Shown: positions 34,302 to 44,459, counted from the first letter of the stretch. The stretch: DNA of 64,000 nt from an uncultured Nitrososphaerales archaeon (GCA_963695855.1 CAVOHZ010000010.1:992001-1056000), one strand, 5' to 3'. Numbers and translations are program-made. The notes: generated from the sequence alone by a model not told the origin.

Positions 34302-34337
34302 TTAGGCCACACTAATTAGGTTGAACTAATATATAAA
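34302..34337 (-). promoter_or_regulatory. Two tandem TTAGG-N5-CTAA boxes plus TATA box
   Basis: TTAGGCCACACTAA (34302-34315), TTAGGTTGAACTAA (34316-34329); minus-strand TTTATATA at 34330-34337. Confidence 0.6.
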
Positions 34338-34368
34338 TGTTAATTAAAACCTATTATATAAAAAACAA

Positions 34369-36804
34369 TTATTTTTGCTTGAAATCTGACATTGATTTAC
34401 GTGATGACTCTATCATTTTCTTTTTCCTCGGTTGAATAAAGAGAATATACATAGAGGCAACAAGATATACAGATAACAAAATGACTTGTCCTAAAATACT
34501 CTCCAAAGTAGGATGTATTCCGGTCATTGTTGCGAGATTGACATCCAATCTAGGAATTATTCCAAATAAATGGGTAGTAGAGATGTATCCAATCTCTTGA
34601 AATTCACGAATGGCATTACCAAAAAAAGTAATAGACATATAAGCACCAACCCCCATCGTAAATCCGAAAAGAACCCGTAATGGCAATTTCTTGCCCAACT
34701 TCTTGATTATGATCGCGATCGAGATTATCACAATGAGTCCAATAATCAATCCAGACGTAACAAATAATTCCATATTCTTTGCGTAAGAGAACATGGCTTG
34801 ATAAAACAGAACAGTTTCAAAACCCTCTCTATATACTGTAAAAAAAGAAAGCATTACGAAGACCACTACACTTCCGGTTGCAGTGGCCTTCCAAACTTTG
34901 GATTTCACGAATTCAATCCATTTCTTGGTTTCAATTTTATTCAAAATCCAAAAGGATACCCAAAAAAGTACTGCAACGGCAGATATTCCTGCTATTGCCT
35001 CGATAAGTTCTTTACTTGCCCCAGATATTTCTATAAGAAATGACGCAATAAACCAAGTAATAGCTGTAGCACCAGCTGCAAGAATAATTCCAAAATAAAC
35101 ATGTTTTTTGAATCTTTCGTTTCGTGAAGCTTCTAGATATGTAGTTATTGCACCAATGATCAAAGCAGATTCCAACCCTTCTCTAAAAATTATAGAAAAT
35201 GAGGACGAAAAAGCTATTCCTGGTGCTATTGAGCCTAATCCTGATACGAGTCTTTCTGAATCATCTAGACCAGATTGAATTTCACTTGCTTTGCTCATGA
35301 CTTCTGTATATGAGGCATGCTTTTCTATCAAGTTTCTAAGCTCGGCGAATTTAATTTCCATTTCTAGCGTGAAATCAGGATCAATTGGTCTCAATGGTAG
35401 CTCTATCTTTTCATAACTATCTAAATACGCAGAACGTGCAGTTATTAGAGATTCTTCATATTTGTCTTCTTTATAGAAATTTAGTACGTCTTGTAAACTT
35501 AATCTAATTTGATCTACATCGCTTCTTACCTCGCTTTTCTCTTCTTCAGAAACTTCGCCAATATTCTTTTTTTCACCTTGAAAAATTCCAAACCCTTTAC
35601 TTAGTTCATTTATATCTGCTAAATTATTGCTCTGTTGATTGCCATTATAATGATTGACGATCCCTCTGTTGGTGACGACAGTTGTGATTGATGCATCATT
35701 TAATAAAACATTCTCTGCTTCGTCCAGTTTTTGTAAAATTTTATTTACAAAGAATTCAATCTGTTCTGATGGTGCGTTGTCTTTTATCATCTGTCTTAAT
35801 CCTTCCCTCATATTTAATTCAATTTCCAACATTAGTTCTGGATCATTTTGTTCTACTGATGCTTCAAGATATTCATAATTATCTAAGTATGCAGAAATAG
35901 CAGCCTTATCTGCTTTTTTATAGTCCTTATTGTCCTTGATTTCGTTTACTACAATGTTTAATAAAGAATCAATATTAGAGAAATAATTTTGGATCTCTAA
36001 AGGAAGGCTTTTGGATAAAGCACTTTTAGATAATTCCATTAGTTCCTTTTCTAAAATATTTATTGATTTAAAAATAGCATTATAATCGTGGTTTGTAGTA
36101 TAATTTCGTATCTGCAAAAACAGGTCCAAAACAGAATCAAGTTCTTGGCTAGGAATTGAATTAGAGATGCGGCTAATTTGATATTCAGATCTATTAACAA
36201 GTTCGTCGATAATTTGATAATTTAGCTCACTCTCCAGTTGAGATTGGTTTGATTTGATATTTCCTAATACCGATTTAGCATCTCTCAGTATCACAATAGT
36301 ACTTTGAATTAGAAAATATTTTGAATCAAGATTTTTTGTATTGATTAATTTATTTTCAATTGATTCAATCGTAGTTCGTGTTTCTGAAAAGGTTTTCTTC
36401 AACAAATCCCCCTCCGGTTTAATATTGACCAGAGTTATTGGAAGATCGGTCAACAAATGTTCTAATTTTGAAGACAATATAGGATCGATTAATAGCAATT
36501 CATCTTTTATTGATGGAAAAATCGCCTGATGTGGAAAATATGCATATGAAAAAGCATCGTGTATATTACCAGACTCAAAACTATCATCTGCCAAATTTAT
36601 CTTTGTGAGAATTCTTTCGAGGTTGTTAAATAGCGTAAAGTTTCTTTGTAAATCCTCTGAATATATTATGGATTTAGAATCGTTATTAACAACATCTACT
36701 TCAGAAGATGCATCATAAGGAGTGAAAATACAAATTACAAAAATAAATACGAAGAAAGATATACATAGTAACTTATAATTCAAATTTTTTTCATTGTTAT
36801 TCAT
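34369..36804 (-). CDS. FTR1-family iron permease with large extracellular helical repeats
   Basis: Two RExxE motifs (FREGLES, YREGFET) in a 7-TM domain; AYLDNYEYLE / AYLDSYEKIE repeats; N-terminal signal anchor. Confidence 0.93.
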   Translation of the reverse strand: MNNNEKNLNYKLLCISFFVFIFVICIFTPYDASSEVDVVNNDSKSIIYSEDLQRNFTLFNNLERILTKINLADDSFESGNIHDAFSYAYFPHQAIFPSIKDELLLIDPILSSKLEHLLTDLPITLVNIKPEGDLLKKTFSETRTTIESIENKLINTKNLDSKYFLIQSTIVILRDAKSVLGNIKSNQSQLESELNYQIIDELVNRSEYQISRISNSIPSQELDSVLDLFLQIRNYTTNHDYNAIFKSINILEKELMELSKSALSKSLPLEIQNYFSNIDSLLNIVVNEIKDNKDYKKADKAAISAYLDNYEYLEASVEQNDPELMLEIELNMREGLRQMIKDNAPSEQIEFFVNKILQKLDEAENVLLNDASITTVVTNRGIVNHYNGNQQSNNLADINELSKGFGIFQGEKKNIGEVSEEEKSEVRSDVDQIRLSLQDVLNFYKEDKYEESLITARSAYLDSYEKIELPLRPIDPDFTLEMEIKFAELRNLIEKHASYTEVMSKASEIQSGLDDSERLVSGLGSIAPGIAFSSSFSIIFREGLESALIIGAITTYLEASRNERFKKHVYFGIILAAGATAITWFIASFLIEISGASKELIEAIAGISAVAVLFWVSFWILNKIETKKWIEFVKSKVWKATATGSVVVFVMLSFFTVYREGFETVLFYQAMFSYAKNMELFVTSGLIIGLIVIISIAIIIKKLGKKLPLRVLFGFTMGVGAYMSITFFGNAIREFQEIGYISTTHLFGIIPRLDVNLATMTGIHPTLESILGQVILLSVYLVASMYILFIQPRKKKMIESSRKSMSDFKQK

Positions 36805-36838
36805 ATTTTGAATCCTTCTTTGACATTCTTCTAAGATA

Positions 36839-36871
36839 TTAGGTTATCCTAACTTATTAGCTATATTTAAA
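36839..36871 (-). promoter_or_regulatory. DtxR/IdeR-like operator plus TATA box upstream of FTR1
   Basis: TTAGGTTATCCTAACTTAT (36839-36857) matches 16/19 of TTAGGTTAGCCTAACCTAA; minus-strand TTTAAATA at 36864-36871. Confidence 0.65.
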
Positions 36872-36979
36872 TATATAGAAAAGTTCATGATTGAAAAAGA
36901 AAGTAAGGCATTTTTTTAATATATCTTAAATAAGAATATTTATTCGAAACATGCCATTACCGATTCAATAAAAATAAAA

Positions 36980-37336
36980 TTACTGTTTAAATAATTTTTC
37001 TGCCATGTCCAAGTTGGATTTTATATTGTTATGTAATGTCATAATTTCGTCCGAAGGCTTTTTGTCCTCGATAGTACTTGCAAAATCTTCTCTTATCATT
37101 ATTTCTGTTTCTTCCATTAGATCTTTATTAAGGTCCTTTAATGGATTTTCAATATATTCATAATTGTCGATATACGCAATATCGATTAGTTCAGATGCAC
37201 CTGTATAATTTCCTGTATTTAATTCTGTTATTGCCTTATCTAGTAAATTTATGATATTGGATAAAATGAAGTAATTCTTTTTCTGATTTTCCTCTTGTGC
37301 CTTAATATTGGATAATGGCAATAATAAAACTACCAT
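36980..37336 (-). CDS. Small secreted protein homologous to the FTR1 extracellular repeat
   Basis: AYIDNYEYIENPL...LMEETEIMIRE parallels AYLDNYEYLEASV...LMLEIELNMRE; true start probably slightly upstream. Confidence 0.8.
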   Translation of the reverse strand: MVVLLLPLSNIKAQEENQKKNYFILSNIINLLDKAITELNTGNYTGASELIDIAYIDNYEYIENPLKDLNKDLMEETEIMIREDFASTIEDKKPSDEIMTLHNNIKSNLDMAEKLFKQ

Positions 37337-38067
37337 TAAAATTCCTAAACTAAAGAGTATAGAAAGTTCGCTTTGAATTTATCACTGCTCTTTTTTAAAT
37401 CAAAATTTAATTATATATATTATTATTCCTTTCTCATTTTTGAAAATAATATTTGTATATCAATGTACTAATTAATTTTAATTGAATAAAATGTATGTCC
37501 AAGTCAATTGTCATCAAAGTGATTATAGCTCATTCCAAATGTCATATCCAGATATTCTGATACTGAATCTTTTTGTTCTTCTATATTGGTATAGAATGTG
37601 TTTTCAAATAAATCTGATTTTATATACTGATTTTCATTGCTTTCATTTGGATTTAGATATTGAGGGCTGCTTGGAAGATATATTATAGTCAGCAAGTCTC
37701 TGCACATTTGCATATTCTGATGTCATCTTGTTTATGTCAAATAAAGCACTTTCCCATGTCAATAGAACTTTATTCCAACGGTTTCTCCTTAAATGGATCT
37801 TGATTATCTATCTCATCAAATGAAATTTAGTCCTATTTATACAAATAAAATAACTTTCAACCAAAACGTTATTTTATCTTTGAAATAGGACCAAAAAGTA
37901 CAGTAAGTTGCAATAATAGTGGATGTTCTATTTCTGATAAATTAATCATTTTATAGAATGTCACCTTCAAAAGGAAAATCTATTTTATTAAAAAAACAGA
38001 TCTAAACAGCAATAAAAATATCCAAATAAAAAAAAATAATATTGTAGAAACCTGTTAATAACAAAGG

Positions 38068-38898
38068 ATGAAGTCGAAAATGATTGTTGCAATTGTTCAA
38101 ATGAAATCATCGACGGATAAAAATGAAAATTTGGAAACCTCTGTTCGATTTATCGAAGAAGCGGGTAGAAAAAATGCTGATTATATTTTCTTCCCAGAAT
38201 TTCAAATGGCATTTACTCCTAGTAATCAAAATTTAGATGAATTGTATTCAGTGGCTGAATCGATTTCTAATAGTAATTTTTTAAAGAAGCTTCGTCAAGA
38301 GTCAAAACGATACAATATTGGAATAGTCGGTACGATGTTTGAAAAAAATAAAAACAAGACAGAGAAAAGGGTTTTTGATACGGCATTTGTAATAAATAAA
38401 AATGGAAAAGTAATCTCGATATACAGAAAATTACATCTATATGACGCTTTTGGGTTTAAAGAATCTACTAAATTCATTAACGGTGACAAAATTACGAAAC
38501 CCTGTAAAACCATTTTTGGAAAAATGGGAGTAATGATATGCTATGACATAAGATTTCCAGAACTAGCAAGAATACTGGCATTAGAAGGATCAGATATCAT
38601 GGCAATTCCTTCTGGATGGGTAACTGGTGTTATGAAAGAGGAACATTGGATTACTATGCTTAAAGCGCGTGCTATAGAAAATGGTAACTATATTATTGCA
38701 GCAAATCAGGTTGGAAATATTTTTTGTGGAAGAAGTATGGTAGTAGATCCATTAGGTTCTGTATTGACAGACTTGGGAGATAAAATTGGATTAGAGGTAG
38801 TAGAAATCAACAAACAAAGAATAAATCAAGTCAGAGATATTTTGCCATTATTAAGAAATAGGAGAGAAGATGTTTACAGGATCAGCCAATCTGATTAG
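38068..38898 (+). CDS. Carbon-nitrogen hydrolase (Nit1-like)
   Basis: FPE, YRKLHLYD, ICYDIRFPE triad; ARAIENG. Confidence 0.93.
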   Translation: MKSKMIVAIVQMKSSTDKNENLETSVRFIEEAGRKNADYIFFPEFQMAFTPSNQNLDELYSVAESISNSNFLKKLRQESKRYNIGIVGTMFEKNKNKTEKRVFDTAFVINKNGKVISIYRKLHLYDAFGFKESTKFINGDKITKPCKTIFGKMGVMICYDIRFPELARILALEGSDIMAIPSGWVTGVMKEEHWITMLKARAIENGNYIIAANQVGNIFCGRSMVVDPLGSVLTDLGDKIGLEVVEINKQRINQVRDILPLLRNRREDVYRISQSD

Positions 38899-41041
38899 AT
38901 ACCTGTTTCTTTTTATTTGGACAATTAATATTTATGCAAAGAGATTTTGTTAGTCTAAGAGTGTAATAAAAAATATGGATAACTGGCCAATTACAATACG
39001 AACAAGATTTAGTAGTAGATTTAATTATACCTTTTTGAGGCAGAGGCAAGGTTATACTACATCCGTAATTAAAATAATTGGAACATGATATGAATCTTTT
39101 TCTCGTTTTTCTTGATCTTATTATTTGCAGATTTCCTTTTCGACAAAGAGGACATGGTCCTACTAGAATATTTTTTCTTTTATTTTTATAATAGTTTTCA
39201 GTTTGATTATTTAACATATTGATGGTAGAAAGGTCTATTTCTAAATCATCTTTTTTATAACCATCAATAGATTCTAAAATATCGTTTATAACATCATCTA
39301 AAATATTTGAATTGTTTCTAACTCCCAGCTCAATCTCTTGTAAATATTTTTCTAACATTCTCGTTAGCTCAGTTGAAATAATCTTTGGAGATTTTTTTTG
39401 TAAATAGTCAATCAATATCATTCCAAGCTTAGTAGGTAAAAGGATATTTTTTTTTACTTCTATGTAATTTCTCTTGATCAGTGAATCTATTATATTACCT
39501 CTTGTAGATTTGGTTCCCATTCCTTCATTTTCCATTTTGGACAATAAAGAAGAATAATTGAAACGTTTAGGAGATTCGGTGAATTTTTCTTCTCTAATTA
39601 TTTCGATATTTTTCAATTTATCTCCAACTTTTAGTTTAGGTAATTGCTTAGATTGTTTAGGCATGTTGTAATAAGGAACATAAAAATGAATCCAACCATC
39701 TTTAGAAACAACGTAATCAGTTATATAGAATACATGTTCTTTATTAACAGTTACAAAAATCGTAGTTTTCAAATATATTGTCGATTCACCAAATGTCGAA
39801 AAATATCTTTTAACAATAAGATCATAAACCCGAAATTCTTGAGATGTTAAACCTGATGGCTTTCTACCAGTGGGATGAATCGCAGTGTGTGCTGGATCAG
39901 TCTTATTACCGTTGTTTGGATATAATTTCTTTTGTGACATTAATTTATGTACATTAATTTTGTATTCATCAGATATTTGAGCAAGATCCTCTAATATTTT
40001 TTTATTGTTGATAGAAGATGAAAGAGTTTGACTATCAGTACGAGGATAAGATATCAGTGTTTTTAGGTATAATTTCTCAGCTATGAAAAGAGTATAATTA
40101 GGAGAAAATCGAAATAATCTAAAGGATTCCTTTTGTAAGTCTCCTAGATTAAATGGGTAAGGAGCCTGTAGATATTCGTTTGTTTGTGAAATTTCACTTA
40201 CTAATCCATCAATATTTTGGCAGTCTTTTAATACAATTTCTGTCTCATCGATACTGCTCATTCTTCCTTTAATATAGGATAACAATAGAGAATGATTGTC
40301 TTTCTCAAAATGTATTTTTATATTCCAATAAGGCAAAGGAATATGACAGTTGATCTCATATTCCCTATCAATTACAAATTTAAGAGTTGGACTCTGAACT
40401 CTGCCAACTGTTAGATTTGTTTTAATTTCCTTTTTTTTGATGGAACTCATCAACGACCTAGAAAAATTGATACCATAAATAAAATCTAGCATATGTCTCA
40501 ACATTCCTGCATATGCCATGCCTGTGTTGGGTTTTTCCAAATTATTAAATGAGTTTATAATATCTTGATCAGTTAAAGTTGAAAATTTTGCTCTCAAACA
40601 GCCATGATATTTATTATCACAGGCTAACTGTAAAATGTTGTATCCTATTAATTCACCTTCCTGATCATAATCGCAGGCATGTATTATTCTATCAGCGTCC
40701 TCAGAAAATCTTTTTAACAGGTCTATTAACTTTTGGTTTTGTCGATTTTTTTGATTTGCTGTTAATGGAACCCAACTTAAATCAAAAACTGGAAAAAGTT
40801 TCCTGTCTTTGTAGAAATCATTTAAAGTATACAGATGACCTTTTGATGAAACAACTACGTAATTTGAGGTATTGTAGCTTATTTCATATATGGTATTATT
40901 ATTAATCCTAATTTGGTTAACTGTTTTTGATCCTAAAACATGGGATATTCTATTTGCTACACTTGGTTTTTCACATATAATCAAAGTATATTTTTTTTTA
41001 TCTACCATTAATCTTGAGAAGTTATTTTTATTATCTTTCAT
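38882..41041 (-). CDS. topA: DNA topoisomerase I (type IA)
   Basis: CEKPS, DYDQEGE, GRVQSPTL, ISYPRTDS, HTAIHPT, GTKSTR, C-terminal Zn ribbon. Confidence 0.95.
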   Translation of the reverse strand: MKDNKNNFSRLMVDKKKYTLIICEKPSVANRISHVLGSKTVNQIRINNNTIYEISYNTSNYVVVSSKGHLYTLNDFYKDRKLFPVFDLSWVPLTANQKNRQNQKLIDLLKRFSEDADRIIHACDYDQEGELIGYNILQLACDNKYHGCLRAKFSTLTDQDIINSFNNLEKPNTGMAYAGMLRHMLDFIYGINFSRSLMSSIKKKEIKTNLTVGRVQSPTLKFVIDREYEINCHIPLPYWNIKIHFEKDNHSLLLSYIKGRMSSIDETEIVLKDCQNIDGLVSEISQTNEYLQAPYPFNLGDLQKESFRLFRFSPNYTLFIAEKLYLKTLISYPRTDSQTLSSSINNKKILEDLAQISDEYKINVHKLMSQKKLYPNNGNKTDPAHTAIHPTGRKPSGLTSQEFRVYDLIVKRYFSTFGESTIYLKTTIFVTVNKEHVFYITDYVVSKDGWIHFYVPYYNMPKQSKQLPKLKVGDKLKNIEIIREEKFTESPKRFNYSSLLSKMENEGMGTKSTRGNIIDSLIKRNYIEVKKNILLPTKLGMILIDYLQKKSPKIISTELTRMLEKYLQEIELGVRNNSNILDDVINDILESIDGYKKDDLEIDLSTINMLNNQTENYYKNKRKNILVGPCPLCRKGNLQIIRSRKTRKRFISCSNYFNYGCSITLPLPQKGIIKSTTKSCSYCNWPVIHIFYYTLRLTKSLCININCPNKKKQVSNQIG

Positions 41042-41182
41042 TCATAAAGATATTTAATATTATTTACAATAAAAAATTACCCTTTTAATATTGAATAAAT
41101 TTTGGAAGCAAGTCTCACGGTATTATAAAAATATGAAATGTTATCAGAAAAGATATAAACAATTAATAATTCAAATTTCATT

Positions 41183-42316
41183 ATGCGTATAACTGTTTCA
41201 GCAATAAAAGCAGACATTGGTGCTATTGGGGGTCATACTCGTCCAAGTGATGAATTACTTGACATTGTTAAAAAATTTGTTGAGAAAAAAGGAAATGACC
41301 TTCTAATTGATCATTACATCGGATATACTGGAGACGATATCCACATCATAATGACACACAAACTTGGGAAAGATAATGAAAAAATTCACAAATTAGCATG
41401 GGATGCGTTCACAGAGGGTACAAAATTAGCAAAAAAACAGGGGTTATATGGAGCGGGACAAGATTTGCTAAAAGATTCTTTTTCTGGTAATGTCAAAGGA
41501 ATGGGTCCGGGTGTAGCTGAAATAGAGATGGACGAAAGACCAAGCGAAGTGTTCAGTATTTTTGCAGCTGATAAGACAGAACCAGGTGCTTTTAATTTTC
41601 CATTTTGGAGAGTTTTTGTTGATGCGGGAAGTAATACCGGTTTGTTAATCAATGAAAAATTAGCTGCTGGTGTAACTTTCAGGATAATGGATGTAATGAC
41701 TGGAAAGATAGCTGATTTAAAATTATGGAATGATAAACCAGAGTTAGAAGCCGGACTCATGTACCCTGGACGATATGTAATTCATTCAGTTTATTCAGCA
41801 GACAATGAACATATTTTATCTGCATCTACAGATAGGTTGCACAATATTGCAGGTACTTATGTGGGAAAAGATGATCCGATTGCTATAATGAGAACACAAA
41901 AGAACTTTCCTGCAACAGAAGAGGCAGGAAGTGCATTTAATAATCCTCATTATGTGGCTGGAAATACGAGAGGAAGTCATCATATGCCATTGATGCCTGT
42001 AAAACTCAATTCAGCCGCAAGTATTAATTATGCTATTCCAATAGTGTCATGTCTGGTTTTTAGTATGCATGATGGAAAGCTGACAGGACCTCATGATGGA
42101 TTTGGAACTGTTGATTGGGATCTTCAGAGAATGTGGGCATCAGAGAGAGCGATGATTATGCGAAATCAAGGATTTATTCACCCCGCCACATTAATTCCAG
42201 AAGAGTTGGAGTACAATAAGGGCTATGAAGCAAGATTGGCTAAACTAAATGAAAAATTTGTGCCAGAGGATAAATCTAAAAATGGTACAGAGAAGAAAAA
42301 AAGGGTAAAAGATTAA
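41183..42316 (+). CDS. fbp: Fructose-1,6-bisphosphate aldolase/phosphatase
   Basis: KADIGAIGGH, GLYGAGQDLL, DKTEPGAFN, YVGKDDP, RGSH. Confidence 0.96.
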   Translation: MRITVSAIKADIGAIGGHTRPSDELLDIVKKFVEKKGNDLLIDHYIGYTGDDIHIIMTHKLGKDNEKIHKLAWDAFTEGTKLAKKQGLYGAGQDLLKDSFSGNVKGMGPGVAEIEMDERPSEVFSIFAADKTEPGAFNFPFWRVFVDAGSNTGLLINEKLAAGVTFRIMDVMTGKIADLKLWNDKPELEAGLMYPGRYVIHSVYSADNEHILSASTDRLHNIAGTYVGKDDPIAIMRTQKNFPATEEAGSAFNNPHYVAGNTRGSHHMPLMPVKLNSAASINYAIPIVSCLVFSMHDGKLTGPHDGFGTVDWDLQRMWASERAMIMRNQGFIHPATLIPEELEYNKGYEARLAKLNEKFVPEDKSKNGTEKKKRVKD

Positions 42317-42349
42317 ATCTGCAAATATTTTCCAGAATAGATCATTAAT

Positions 42350-43015
42350 TTGAAAGGATCTATTATTCTTAATTTTAAGAATTATATGGAGATTTCTGGG
42401 GGAAAAACATTAGAATTAGCTAAAATAGCAGAAACAATATCAAAAAGCTTTAAAGTTGAAATAATATTGGCTCCTCCTCAAGCATCATTGTTCCATATAA
42501 CAAAATCTGTTAAACTTCCAGTCATAAGCCAACATGTTGATAATGAGAAAGTAGGTTCAACAACAGGATTTTTTATTCCAGAATTAGCAAAGTCTTATGG
42601 AGTTGTGGGATCTTTGATTAATCATAGCGAACACAGATTGGATCATAAAATCATTAAGGAACTAATCGATAGATTAAGAAAGCTGGATATGCTTTCTATC
42701 GTCTGTGCTTCAGATGTACTTCAGGTTGGTATGTTATCCAAATTTAATCCAGATATGATTGCAATAGAGCCCCCAGAACTGATCGGTACTGGACAAGCAG
42801 TGAGTAAAGTTAATCCGGCTATTATTAGAGATTCAGTAACAGAAGCGAAGAAATATTCAGAATCAAAAGTTATTTGCGGGGCGGGCATTGTAGACAAGAG
42901 TGATGTTATTAGTGCTATTGAATTAGGTTCACAAGGAATCCTGATAGCAAGTGGTATAATAAAGGCACGATCGTGGGAAGAAAAATTATCAGAACTAGTT
43001 CAAGCATTCAGATAA
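42350..43015 (+). CDS. tpiA: Triosephosphate isomerase (archaeal type)
   Basis: NFKNY, NHSEHR, IEPPELIGTG, CGAGI. Confidence 0.96.
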   Translation: MKGSIILNFKNYMEISGGKTLELAKIAETISKSFKVEIILAPPQASLFHITKSVKLPVISQHVDNEKVGSTTGFFIPELAKSYGVVGSLINHSEHRLDHKIIKELIDRLRKLDMLSIVCASDVLQVGMLSKFNPDMIAIEPPELIGTGQAVSKVNPAIIRDSVTEAKKYSESKVICGAGIVDKSDVISAIELGSQGILIASGIIKARSWEEKLSELVQAFR

Positions 43016-43044
43016 ATGAATATAAATAAAAAATTATTAATAAT

Positions 43045-43268
43045 AAATTGGTTTAGGTCCCAACTCTTTTCAAGATTGGTTTAGGTCCCAACTCTTTTCA
43101 AGATTGGTTTAGGTCCCAACTCTTTTCAAGATTGGTTTAGGTCCCAACTCTTTTCAAGATTGGTTTAGGTCCCAACTCTTTTCAAGATTGGTTTAGGTCC
43201 CAACTCTTTTCAAGATTGGTTTAGGTCCCAACTCTTTTCAAGATTGGTTTAGGTCCCAACTCTTTTCA
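43045..43268. repeat. 28-bp tandem repeat x8, no spacers
   Basis: AGATTGGTTTAGGTCCCAACTCTTTTCA; seven exact copies plus a leftmost copy with one mismatch. Confidence 0.97.
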
Positions 43269-43554
43269 TCTTTGAGCCACATCTAGGACATGATAGCTGA
43301 TTGTGTTTTACTCCGCAATTCATACAGTAATAACTTACTGAATTATTTCCAAACATTGTAGCGCCTGACATTCCTAACTTTCTCATTGTTCTCTGTCTCA
43401 TGTAAAAACTTAATAGAATGAAAACACCGATTATTATTGGCAATGAATAAGGAAATGGCACAATAATAGATATTGCCAGACTTATCGCTAGTGATATACC
43501 TATCCAAAGAAATTGATTTATGAGAAAACTTTTATTATTAAAATCACTCATCAA
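43249..43554 (-). CDS. Small 2-TM protein with C-terminal zinc ribbon
   Basis: Two hydrophobic helices, then CMNC...CPRCGSK. Confidence 0.82.
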   Translation of the reverse strand: MMSDFNNKSFLINQFLWIGISLAISLAISIIVPFPYSLPIIIGVFILLSFYMRQRTMRKLGMSGATMFGNNSVSYYCMNCGVKHNQLSCPRCGSKMKRVGT

Positions 43555-44039
43555 TTTAATTATATCATTCTGGTATTTATAAATTATTTTGATACTAGAA
43601 TATTTTCATTAAAAGATTTGAACGAGGACTTCACATCACATTTAAATATTCCCAGATTTAACTTAACAATACATCGACCAAACCGAAGGGGAACATTACC
43701 CAGACTCAGGATATTGAGCAGATATCCTGGGTCAATCTTTAAAAAATAATTGAAATCAATGATGTTTTTAGTCTATACAAATCTATTGTACGAATTCTTC
43801 ATACATGATGACCGGGATGAAATAATAATGATTCATTATATTAAAATAAAAATATTCATTGTGATCAACTTTGCTTAGATATAAAGATAAAATCCAAAAA
43901 TTTTTAAAAAAAATGTTATTTTTTATAGGATCAGATAGAAAAATTATAATTTTTTATTTTTAAAGGAACGCTCGAATTTATTACTATTAATAAAACATAA
44001 CTTTAAAAAAAGGTATTTTCTTTATTAACTGATATTAGA

Positions 44040-44405
44040 TTGTCGGAGAAAAATGCAAATGCAAAAAAAGAAGCAAGTACTACCCCTACAAGAAAAAGAA
44101 TTGAGGCTTTCATTCGAGAAGAGAAAGTTCATGATGTTCTATTGGCTTTAAATAAGATTGGTCAGCCCGCTACATTTCATGATTCAAAAGGAATAGGAAA
44201 AGGAGAAAAATATCAAATCAGATATGGTCGACATGGTGATCTCACTACAATGGCTTACTCTAATAGACGTACAGTTGAAACCGTCGTGGATGAAGATAAC
44301 GTAGATGAAGTAGTTTCACTTATAAAAGAAGCTGCCCAGGTAAGTAAATCCGGAGCTGGTGGAATAATAGTAGTTTCTCCAGTAGATGAAGTTATAACGA
44401 TTTAA
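44040..44405 (+). CDS. PII-family signalling protein (divergent)
   Basis: KRIEAFIREEK, KGIGKG, ETVV.EDNVDEVV..I, GIIVVSPVDE. Confidence 0.85.
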   Translation: MSEKNANAKKEASTTPTRKRIEAFIREEKVHDVLLALNKIGQPATFHDSKGIGKGEKYQIRYGRHGDLTTMAYSNRRTVETVVDEDNVDEVVSLIKEAAQVSKSGAGGIIVVSPVDEVITI

Positions 44406-44459
44406 TTCTCATAAAATTTCAAAATTTCATATTTTTTTAACGTTTAAATGAATTTAATA

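Noticed and set aside
37400-37960. Short ORFs 37482..37688 and 37504..37713
   Set aside because: No recognisable motifs; may be a decayed gene but cannot be supported.
38882-38898. Overlap of nitrilase and topA 3' ends
   Set aside because: Short convergent overlaps are common in archaea.
43045-43268. CRISPR array
   Set aside because: Units are directly contiguous with no spacers, no cas genes are in the window, and the unit derives from a coding 3' end.
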